Shown: in pieces, positions 6,327-13,225 of the stretch
Layout: each line of letters opens with the position of its first letter
How positions within the stretch are numbered: the first letter of the stretch is position 1
Source: Candidatus Iainarchaeum sp.
GTDB taxonomy: Archaea; Iainarchaeota; Iainarchaeia; Iainarchaeales; GCA-2688035
Reading direction: 5' to 3'
Length of the DNA: 13,576 nt
Assembly: GCA_028713935.1 (NCBI GenBank)
Contig: JAQTNI010000037.1
Coordinates: 1 to 13,576, forward strand
Program-made: the position numbers and the translations under genes
The notes under the pieces: generated by a model
Told to the model about the DNA's origin: nothing
The model's database searches: none
What the model saw: the letters and a program-made list of their open reading frames with translations, nothing else

Positions 6327-7756
6327 TGCAATTCCTCCAGTGCAGAGGCTGCCCTGAAAAGCTTTTTTTCCTGCAAGTAATCGGCAACAAGCATTATGCC
6401 GACAGGCATTTTTTGTGAAAAGCCGGAATTAATGCTGATATGCGGCAATCCTGCAAGGTTGGAAGGAACAGTGCACAAATCCATTGCATATTGTTCAATG
6501 GGAGAAAGCTTTTCAATTTCTGAAAATTTTGGCGCAATAACAGGCATTGTGGGATTTGCCAAAACATCGAATTCCTTGAAAGCAAGCCTGAATTCATTAA
6601 TCAGCCTTGTCCTTGCCTTCATTGCCTTAAGGTAATAAGCGTCCCTGAAGCCAGACATGCGCGCAAAAGTCCCAAGCAGGATTCTGCGTTTTGCTTCTTC
6701 ACCAAAATTATTGCTCCTGACTTTTGAAAAATACTCGTTAAAGCTGCCTGAAAGGCTTTCCTGCGCGCCATATCTCATTCCGCAGAATTTTGCAAGATTA
6801 GTTGAAGACTCTGCCATTGCAATAAGATAATAAGCTGGAACAGAAAATTTTGCATTCAATGACAGGGAAATTTCCTTTATTTTGGCGCCTGCTTTTTCAA
6901 GCTTTTTAATTGAGTTCCAGGCAATTTTTGAAACATCCGGGTTAATTCCTTCACCAAAAAAATCTTTTATAATCCCGATTTTAAGGCCCTTTGTGGAAAA
7001 ATTTTTTTCATCTGCAAAAGAAGGCTTTTCATTCAGGGAAGTGCTGTCTTTTTCATCATGGCCTGCAATTGATTCAAGCAGCAAGGCAGAATCAGCAACA
7101 GTTTTTCCCATGCTGCCAATTTTATCAAGGGAATTTGCATAATCAATCAGGCCATATCTTGAAACAAGGCCATAAGTGGGAGTGAAACCCGCAACTCCGC
7201 AAAAGCCGGCAGGGCAGGCAATGCTGCCGCCAGTGCTTTCTGAAATAGAAACATGGGCAAAATCAGCAAAAGCAGTCAAGCCAGCAGAACCTCCAGAACT
7301 TCCGCCGCAGCTTCTCTCAGAATCAAAAGGGTTTTTCGGAGCATTAAAGCCAATGCCAGTGTTTGTGGAAAAAGTGCCAAAGCCAAATTCATCCTGCGAA
7401 GTTTTTCCAATAATAATTGCGCCTTCTGCTTTTGCTTTTGAAACAACAGTTGCATCAAAAACAGGCAAATAACCATCAAGAATCCTGCTGCCAGCCCTTG
7501 ATTCAATTCCCTTTACGCAAATGCAGTCTTTTACGGAAACAGGCAGGCCGAAAAGCTTTCCGGAAGCCTTGCCCTGCTTAACCCTTGAATCCAGCTCTTT
7601 TGCCTGTTGCAAAGCAAGGTCTTTTGAAATTACATTAAAAAAATTCATGCCATTCGCGGCAAAAACCTTGTCCAGGATTTTGTGTGTGTTTTCCTCTATG
7701 CCGATATTTCCCGCCCTTGCCTGCTCTGCAAATTCCAAAACGCTTTGAACCTTCAT
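6323..7756 (-). CDS. gatA: Asp-tRNA(Asn)/Glu-tRNA(Gln) amidotransferase subunit A
   Basis: Amidase signature GGSSGGSAG, SVKDCICVKG with the catalytic Lys context, 477 aa. Confidence 0.93.
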   Translation of the reverse strand: MKVQSVLEFAEQARAGNIGIEENTHKILDKVFAANGMNFFNVISKDLALQQAKELDSRVKQGKASGKLFGLPVSVKDCICVKGIESRAGSRILDGYLPVFDATVVSKAKAEGAIIIGKTSQDEFGFGTFSTNTGIGFNAPKNPFDSERSCGGSSGGSAGLTAFADFAHVSISESTGGSIACPAGFCGVAGFTPTYGLVSRYGLIDYANSLDKIGSMGKTVADSALLLESIAGHDEKDSTSLNEKPSFADEKNFSTKGLKIGIIKDFFGEGINPDVSKIAWNSIKKLEKAGAKIKEISLSLNAKFSVPAYYLIAMAESSTNLAKFCGMRYGAQESLSGSFNEYFSKVRSNNFGEEAKRRILLGTFARMSGFRDAYYLKAMKARTRLINEFRLAFKEFDVLANPTMPVIAPKFSEIEKLSPIEQYAMDLCTVPSNLAGLPHISINSGFSQKMPVGIMLVADYLQEKKLFRAASALEELQ

Positions 7757-7857
7757 TAAGCCACACCCGCAATATAATCAATTACCATTTTCCCAAAACT
7801 GCGCAGCAGTTTTGTTCTTTTCCCAAGGCTTTTCTTTCCAAGAAAAGGTTTTGTCAT
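7756..7857 (-). CDS. Candidate 33-codon micro-ORF exactly filling the gatC-gatA spacer (MTKPFLGKKSLGKRTKLLRSFGKMVIDYIAGVA)
   Basis: ATG 7857-7855 overlaps the gatC stop (ATGA). TAA 7758-7756 overlaps the gatA ATG (TAATG). GAAGGT lies 6 nt upstream. Below the size cutoff of the supplied ORF track; translated by hand. Confidence 0.35.
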   Translation of the reverse strand: MTKPFLGKKSLGKRTKLLRSFGKMVIDYIAGVA

Positions 7858-8150
7858 TCAGATACCTTCGGGCCTAAAAAATAGCCGCGCTTTGAGTGCT
7901 TTGTGTTTGAAAGCGCTTCTTCCTGCGAAAGGCATTTTCCCGCCTTGTCCTCACGGAAAACATTTTTCAATTGAATTGGCTGGAAGCTTGGCTCTTCTTT
8001 TAAATCCCGCAATTCATCCAGCTTTGAAAAAGCGCCAAGAATGTCCTGCATCTGGGGCAAAAATTTTTTTATTTCCGCTTCTGTAAGGTTCAGGCGCGCA
8101 TTTGTGGCGACTTTCAAAAGCAATTCCTTGTCAACATTTGTTTTTGCCAT
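7854..8150 (-). CDS. gatC: Asp-tRNA(Asn)/Glu-tRNA(Gln) amidotransferase subunit C
   Basis: About 98 aa. LAKLARLxLTEEE-type N-terminus (VATNARLNLTEAEIKKF), FREDK and position upstream of gatA. ATG 8150 is preferred over TTG 8171, which would add a hydrophobic MLFLLVI extension and sit too close to the TATA-like box. Confidence 0.85.
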   Translation of the reverse strand: MAKTNVDKELLLKVATNARLNLTEAEIKKFLPQMQDILGAFSKLDELRDLKEEPSFQPIQLKNVFREDKAGKCLSQEEALSNTKHSKRGYFLGPKVSE

Positions 8151-8180
8151 AATAACCAGTAAAAAGAGCAATAAAAATCA

Positions 8181-8211
8181 TTTAAAAAGAATTGGCATGG
8201 AAAGGTTTAAA
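8181..8211. promoter_or_regulatory. Divergent TATA-like boxes for gatC (minus) and the 177-aa orphan (plus)
   Basis: TTTTTAAA on the minus strand (8188-8181) lies about 34 nt from gatC ATG 8150. TTTAAA (8206-8211), preceded by a purine-rich GGAAAGG, lies about 29 nt from ATG 8238. Neither ATG has an SD. Confidence 0.45.
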
Positions 8212-8237
8212 GGAAGAAAAACAAAATAAGTGATAGT

Positions 8238-8771
8238 ATGATAACCCCAAAAAGAAGATCAAGCCAAAGCGGCAAAGCCGGCAGAAAAAGAATTGGAAAT
8301 CCTGCTTTAAGGGCAGCAAAATACAAAAGGCTGCTTGCTTCAGGCGCAAAAACAAACAAGGGAACCTGGCACGAGTTTCAGATGTTTAGTGCTTATGCAA
8401 GGGACATGGGCAAAGTTGGCGATGAAAAAATCATGCAACGTAGGATGCCCCAAACCAGAATAAGCAATGCTGAAAGGGCAAAATTGGATACTGCACTAAG
8501 AAGGCTTCAAGGAAGAGCGGCAAGAAGGCATGCAAAAATAAAAAGGATTTCAATCCTTGAAGAATTAAGGTCAGTGAAAAGGCATATCGGACTGCCTACT
8601 GAATTAATTCATGAACTTGCACTCGAAATATTTTATGCCGGGGTTTCTATGGAAAATGTTTACAAGTATTACAAAAAAAGAAAAGAATTACAGCCCGGCA
8701 TTAAAGACAGCGAGGTCTGGGCTGATTATTTGGCTGCGCTCAGGAGGCGCAACTCCGAGTTAACAAAGTAA
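8238..8771 (+). CDS. Hypothetical highly basic protein (177 aa)
   Basis: Clean ORF with its own TATA-like box, and convergent with aspS (10-nt gap). N-terminus KRRSSQSGKAGRKR, many R/K throughout. No motif recognised. Confidence 0.55.
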   Translation: MITPKRRSSQSGKAGRKRIGNPALRAAKYKRLLASGAKTNKGTWHEFQMFSAYARDMGKVGDEKIMQRRMPQTRISNAERAKLDTALRRLQGRAARRHAKIKRISILEELRSVKRHIGLPTELIHELALEIFYAGVSMENVYKYYKKRKELQPGIKDSEVWADYLAALRRRNSELTK

Positions 8772-8781
8772 CAAACAGGAA

Positions 8782-10545
8782 TTATTTTTCCAAATCTATT
8801 TTTAGCTTCAGTTCTTTTAATTGCTGTGCGCTTACTTCGCTTGGGCTGTCATCCATCAGCGAGGAACAGGACTTGTTTTTTGGGAATGCAATGACTTCCC
8901 TGATTGAATCTGTTCCGCAGATTATTGCCGCAAGCCTGTCTATTCCAAAAGCAATGCCGCCATGGGGTGGAGCGCCAAACTTGAATGCCGTAAGCAGGTG
9001 TCCGAATTTTTTTTCGGCTTCTTCATCTGAAATTCCAAGGGCTTTGAACATTCTGCTTTGCATTTCCCTCTTGTGAATCCTAATGCTTCCGCCTCCAATT
9101 TCGCTGCCGTTAAGGATGCAATCGTACGCCTTTGATTTTACTTTAAGAGGTTCCTTTTCAAGCAAATCCGCGTCGGAGTCTGCAGGGGAAGTGAATGGGT
9201 GGTGCATTGCAACAAGCTTTTGCTCTTCTTCGCTGAATTCAAGCAATGGAAATTCAGTTACCCACAAGAAAGAAAATTTGTTTTTGTCAATCAGGGAGAG
9301 TTTTTCGGCAACTTTCAAGCGCACAGCTCCAAGCGCAGTGCAACAGGTGCGCCACTCGTCTGCAATCAAAAGAATCAAATCGTTTTCCCTTGCCTTTGTT
9401 TTTTCCAGAACAGCTTTCACATGGCCAGGCTTTAGAAATTTTGCAATCTGCGATTCAAGGGAATCTCCCTTTACTTCCATTGTTACAAGGCCCTTCGCCT
9501 TGAAAGTTTTTGCGGCATCAAGCAAATCGGAAAGGTCTTTTTTTGAAAAATCCGGCTTTGGCACTACAACTGCCTTTATGAAACCGCCTTTTTTTATTAT
9601 GGAATTAAAAATTTCAAATTCCGTTTCCGCAAGCTCTTTTGTAAGGTCAAGGAATTTCAGGCCAAACCTTGTGTCTGGCTTGTCGCTTCCATAAAAATTC
9701 ATTGCATCGTCAAAAATCATTCTTGGAAAAGGAATTTTTACCTGAATTCCCAAAACTTTTTTGAAAACTTCCTTGAAACAGTTTTCCATCAGGCAATAAA
9801 TATCTTCAGGCTCTACAAAAGACATTTCAATGTCAAGCTGTGTGAATTCCGGCTGCCTGTCAGCCCTTAAATCCTCGTCCCTGAAACAGCGGACAATCTG
9901 GAAATACCTGTCAAAGCCGCTCACCATTAACAATTGCTTGAACTGCTGCGGGCTCTGGGGAAGCGCAAAAAATTTTCCTGGGAAAATCCTGCTTGGAACA
10001 AGATAATCCCTTGAGCCTTCAGGAGTTGATTTTGCAAGCACAGGGGTTTCAATTTCAATAAAATTTTCATTGTCAAAAAAATCCCTGATTGCTTTTACAA
10101 TTTTGTGCCTCAAAACAATGTTTTTCTGCATTTCAGGCCTGCGCAAATCCAGATACCTGTATTTCAGCCTTACATCCTCGCCTGCAAGCAAATGGGCATC
10201 AATTTCCAAGGGGAGAGGCTGCTCTGAAGAATTCAAAATTTTAAGCTTTGAAACCCCAATTTCAATGCTGCCAGTTTTAATTTTCTTGTTGTCTGTGCCT
10301 TTCGGCCTTCTGGAAACCTTGCCCTCTATTTCAACAACAAATTCCCTGCCAAGGGTTTTTGCAAGCTTATGAACTTCACTGCTTATCTCCTGGTTGAAAA
10401 CAACCTGTGTAAACCCATACCTGTCCCTTAAGTCAATGAAAATAAGCGGGCCGTGGTCTCTCCTTGTTGAAACCCAGCCCTGAAGGCAAACCTTTTTTCC
10501 AATCTGCTTTTCAGACAATTCCCCGCAAGTATGGGTTCTCTTCAT
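8782..10545 (-). CDS. aspS: Aspartyl-tRNA synthetase, long bacterial type with insertion (GAD) domain
   Basis: MKRTHTCGEL...GWV...RRDHG..IFIDLRDRYG N-terminal OB fold. Class II motifs FRDEDLRADRQPEFTQLD and GGGSIRIH...FGAPPHGGIAFGIDR. About 587 aa. AGGTGG lies 6 nt upstream of ATG 10545, so the GTG 10554 in the ORF track lies inside that SD. Confidence 0.93.
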   Translation of the reverse strand: MKRTHTCGELSEKQIGKKVCLQGWVSTRRDHGPLIFIDLRDRYGFTQVVFNQEISSEVHKLAKTLGREFVVEIEGKVSRRPKGTDNKKIKTGSIEIGVSKLKILNSSEQPLPLEIDAHLLAGEDVRLKYRYLDLRRPEMQKNIVLRHKIVKAIRDFFDNENFIEIETPVLAKSTPEGSRDYLVPSRIFPGKFFALPQSPQQFKQLLMVSGFDRYFQIVRCFRDEDLRADRQPEFTQLDIEMSFVEPEDIYCLMENCFKEVFKKVLGIQVKIPFPRMIFDDAMNFYGSDKPDTRFGLKFLDLTKELAETEFEIFNSIIKKGGFIKAVVVPKPDFSKKDLSDLLDAAKTFKAKGLVTMEVKGDSLESQIAKFLKPGHVKAVLEKTKARENDLILLIADEWRTCCTALGAVRLKVAEKLSLIDKNKFSFLWVTEFPLLEFSEEEQKLVAMHHPFTSPADSDADLLEKEPLKVKSKAYDCILNGSEIGGGSIRIHKREMQSRMFKALGISDEEAEKKFGHLLTAFKFGAPPHGGIAFGIDRLAAIICGTDSIREVIAFPKNKSCSSLMDDSPSEVSAQQLKELKLKIDLEK

Positions 10546-11332
10546 TTTTTCCACCTAAAAAGAATTGGCAGATATTGTTTAAAAAGCATTCTTTGCACAA
10601 AGGGGCTTTCCTGCAAAATCGCTTGGCATGCTCAACAATAAGCGCATGAAACTCCCTGAAAATTTCCAAATCAGAAGGCAATTGTGATTCAAAAAAAATC
10701 TGCGCTTCTTCATAGAGACTTTTTGAAGCGCTCGCCTTTCGGCTCGCTTTCAAAAACCCTGGAAAAAATCGCTTAGCAATTCTGGCCGTATAAGCATCAA
10801 TGACAAAAACAGGCTTTCCAGCTGCAAACAAAATAATTGAATCAGCAGTTTCAGGGCCAATGCCATTCAAAGACAACAATTCCATGCGCAATTCCCCGAA
10901 TGGCTTTTCAAACAATTTTTCAATTCTGCAGGAATAATTTTTTTCCAAATACTTTGCAAACAAAATTATTTTTTTTGCCTTCTGGTTAAAATAACCGCTT
11001 AGCAAAATTAAACCTGCAAGCTTTTGCTGTTTTGCCCTTGCAATTTTTTTGCAGGAAAGCATTTTTGCCCTGTTCAAATTGACAATTGCCTTTTCAACAT
11101 TTTTCCAATTAGTGTTCTGCGCCAAAATTGCGCCAATTGCAATTTCAAATTTCTGGGTTTCAGTTAAGCGCTTCCTTGACCTGTAAGTTGGAATTGTTTT
11201 TCCCTTTTCTGTCACTGGCCACCAGTTTTGTCTGCCATAAAAAAAAAGCAGTTTTCTGTAAAGTTCAAGCGGAAGCATAAGATAAATAGCGTTGCTTTGC
11301 AATTTTATTTCTTTCGCGGCAAGTGCTACCAT
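10511..11332 (-). CDS. Endonuclease III-related HhH-GPD protein (COG2231-like)
   Basis: QNWWP...AILAQNTNW, helix-hairpin-helix LNGIGPETADSIIL, VIDAYTARI. C-terminal four-Cys cluster C-x5-C-x2-C-x5-C. The 3' end overlaps the aspS start by 35 nt. Confidence 0.8.
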   Translation of the reverse strand: MVALAAKEIKLQSNAIYLMLPLELYRKLLFFYGRQNWWPVTEKGKTIPTYRSRKRLTETQKFEIAIGAILAQNTNWKNVEKAIVNLNRAKMLSCKKIARAKQQKLAGLILLSGYFNQKAKKIILFAKYLEKNYSCRIEKLFEKPFGELRMELLSLNGIGPETADSIILFAAGKPVFVIDAYTARIAKRFFPGFLKASRKASASKSLYEEAQIFFESQLPSDLEIFREFHALIVEHAKRFCRKAPLCKECFLNNICQFFLGGKNEENPYLRGIV

Positions 11333-11335
11333 GCC

Positions 11336-11360
11336 TATAAAAAAACTTCTTTTTTATAAA
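11336..11360. promoter_or_regulatory. Divergent TATA-like boxes for the GIDE-LemA gene (plus) and the endoIII-like/aspS unit (minus)
   Basis: TATAAAAA (11336-11343) lies about 26 nt from ATG 11366. TTTATAAA (11353-11360, near-palindromic) lies about 24 nt from the minus-strand ATG at 11332. No SD before either ATG. Confidence 0.45.
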
Positions 11361-11365
11361 CTCTT

Positions 11366-12760
11366 ATGATCCGCGTCAGCTTTTATTCTACCTTAAAAGG
11401 CCTTGCAGTATTAACTTTTTTTGTAGGTTTGTTTGGCTTTATTTTGGGCGGAGGAATTCTCTTTTGGCCAATTGTTTTTTTTATTGGTTTGGCATACATT
11501 ATTGCAAGTTTCTATTTTTCCAGGGCCTGGTTTAATGCAGACCTGCTGGCTTACAAAATCAAGAGGCAGCCATTAACTGAAATCAAAAACCTGACAATTG
11601 ACAATCCGGCCGCTGTTTTTGGAACAATTGAATGCGGCCAGCCATTGTTGGCAAAATATTCCGGGAAACCATGTGTTTTTTACCATTACATCAAGGAAAA
11701 ATACATTCATAGCGGAAAGCACAGCCATTGGGAAATTTCGGAAAATATAACAGAATATGCAAAGTTTGAAATAAATGATTTAAGCGGAACGGTTTCTGTG
11801 GATATGCGAAATATTGATTCTGATTTGTCGCCTTTCTGGGGACTCAGCCCAAACTTGAAAACTTGGAACAAACAATTCTCAAGCACAAGCAACATTGCAA
11901 ACAAAGCTATTGCTGATTTCAAAGACAGCGAGGTTGATGCTGAAAGAACTGTTTTTCAGGAAAAGACAAATATGAAGAATTTTTTCGGCATTAATGTCGG
12001 CAGTGATGAAAGAGTGAGCGAGTTTGTTTTGGAAACAGGTGAAAAAGTTTTTGTTTATGGCTGGGTTTATGATGAAAGTGGCTTAAAAACAATTGCAGAA
12101 TCAAAAGGCTGCCCGTTAATAGTTAGCAGAAAAACAAAAGAAGGATTTTTAAAGGATTTTTCTGTTGGGGAAAATTTTTTTTATACTGACAATTTTTTGA
12201 TTTTAATCGGGCTTGCAATTGCATGGTTCCCTTTGTTTTTATTTTTTGGCCTTAATGTTTTGTTTTTGGGAATTGCAGCCATTCTTGTTTTCATAAAAAT
12301 GGCTTTTGAAATTTACAACAGGCTCATTGAACTGAACAAGAGAATTGGCAATGCAAAAAGCCAGATTTCAATTGAACTGAAAAAACGCAGAGACCTTATA
12401 CCCACCCTGGAAAAAATAGTCAAGGACTATGCAAAATATGAAAAAAACCTGCTTGAAATAATTTCTAATTTAAGGGCAGATATTGGCTTAGATTCAGAAG
12501 GAATGCGGAAGTATAGTGACGGGCGCAAAAAAATAACGGAGATTCTTGCAATGCTTGAAGCATACCCTGCAATAAAATCCAATTTCCTGTTCAGGGATTT
12601 TATGTCAAGGCTTTCCCAAACAGAAGAAAACATTGCATATTACAGAAGCTTCTACAATGACACTGTTTTGAAATACAACATTATGATTGCAATTTTTCCA
12701 TTCAACATAATGGCAAAAAGCGCACACCTTGGACAGGCAGAATACTGGAAAAGCGATTAA
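11366..12760 (+). CDS. Membrane protein fusing a GIDE-like domain (N-terminal half) to a LemA domain (C-terminal about 150 aa)
   Basis: LemA part: IYNRLIELNKRI...ELKKRRDLIPTLEKIVKDYAKYEK...LEAYPAIKSN...TEENIAYYRSFYNDTVLKYNIMIAIFPFNI. N-terminal part: two TM helices (aa 12-50), then GTIECGQPLLAKYSGKPCVFYHY, FEINDLSGTVSVD and LETGEKVFVYGWV...PLIVS, then two more TM helices (aa 272-313). Confidence 0.8.
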   Translation: MIRVSFYSTLKGLAVLTFFVGLFGFILGGGILFWPIVFFIGLAYIIASFYFSRAWFNADLLAYKIKRQPLTEIKNLTIDNPAAVFGTIECGQPLLAKYSGKPCVFYHYIKEKYIHSGKHSHWEISENITEYAKFEINDLSGTVSVDMRNIDSDLSPFWGLSPNLKTWNKQFSSTSNIANKAIADFKDSEVDAERTVFQEKTNMKNFFGINVGSDERVSEFVLETGEKVFVYGWVYDESGLKTIAESKGCPLIVSRKTKEGFLKDFSVGENFFYTDNFLILIGLAIAWFPLFLFFGLNVLFLGIAAILVFIKMAFEIYNRLIELNKRIGNAKSQISIELKKRRDLIPTLEKIVKDYAKYEKNLLEIISNLRADIGLDSEGMRKYSDGRKKITEILAMLEAYPAIKSNFLFRDFMSRLSQTEENIAYYRSFYNDTVLKYNIMIAIFPFNIMAKSAHLGQAEYWKSD

Positions 12761-12772
12761 TAAGGTTCAGAA

Positions 12773-13105
12773 TCACTCTGTTCCCTTAATTTTTCTGATT
12801 GCCCCTTCCATCCAGCCTTTTCTCCTGTCTTTCATCCGTTTGAGCATCTGATGGGCTTTTTGTTCTGCTCTTCCCACTTTCTTATGATGGGCTTGCGCTT
12901 TTTGAGCGAAATCCGGATTTGACATTGCTTCGGTTTCCCCAAGGCGGGATTCAGAAAAAATAGCGCCTTGTGTTTGCTTTTTTGCAATAGCCAATTGGCT
13001 TCTCAAAGAGTTCACTTTCTGCTGTTGCCTGTCTAAACGGTTCTTGCTCCAGTTTTCAAGGGCAGTTCCAATGCGCTGCCTTGCTTTTCTAACAACCTTT
13101 GGCAT
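12773..13105 (-). CDS. Hypothetical K/R/Q-rich protein (110 aa)
   Basis: ORF with a TATA-like box about 29 nt upstream of its ATG and no SD. Convergent with the LemA gene (12-nt gap). No motif recognised. Confidence 0.5.
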   Translation of the reverse strand: MPKVVRKARQRIGTALENWSKNRLDRQQQKVNSLRSQLAIAKKQTQGAIFSESRLGETEAMSNPDFAQKAQAHHKKVGRAEQKAHQMLKRMKDRRKGWMEGAIRKIKGTE

Positions 13106-13130
13106 AAGGAATAAGGAAAGGTTCTTTTGG

Positions 13131-13138
13131 AATATAAA
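13131..13138 (-). promoter_or_regulatory. TATA-like box (TTTATATT on the minus strand) for the 110-aa orphan
   Basis: Centre is about 29 nt upstream of ATG 13105 on the minus strand. Confidence 0.4.
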
Positions 13139-13187
13139 CCTGCATTTGCAAAAATCAGGCTACAAGCCCAAAAACAGGGAAAGCCTT

Positions 13188-13205
13188 TTAATAACCAGTT
13201 ATTAA
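13188..13205. promoter_or_regulatory. Perfect 8-bp inverted repeat (TTAATAAC-ca-GTTATTAA), candidate operator overlapping the RHH gene promoter
   Basis: Arms 13188-13195 and 13198-13205 are exact reverse complements. The repeat is immediately followed by the A/T-rich TATATTATTAA, about 27 nt upstream of ATG 13235. Confidence 0.45.
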
Positions 13206-13225
13206 TATATTATTAAGGTGTTTTT

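Noticed and set aside
5289-7748. Short ORFs on both strands inside the MBL, IMPase and gatA genes (for example 5289..5543, 5561..5878, 5596..5811, 6028..6261, 6396..6635, 6882..7142, 7176..7472, 7521..7748)
   Set aside because: Nested in or antisense to confidently identified genes. No recognisable domains. Compositions reflect reverse-complement codon bias.
8873-10372. Plus-strand ORFs antisense to aspS, including a 203-aa one (9083..9694)
   Set aside because: aspS carries all the class II synthetase motifs on the minus strand. The antisense translations are Ser/Phe-rich with no motif. Their length is explained by the low stop-codon frequency opposite a long gene.
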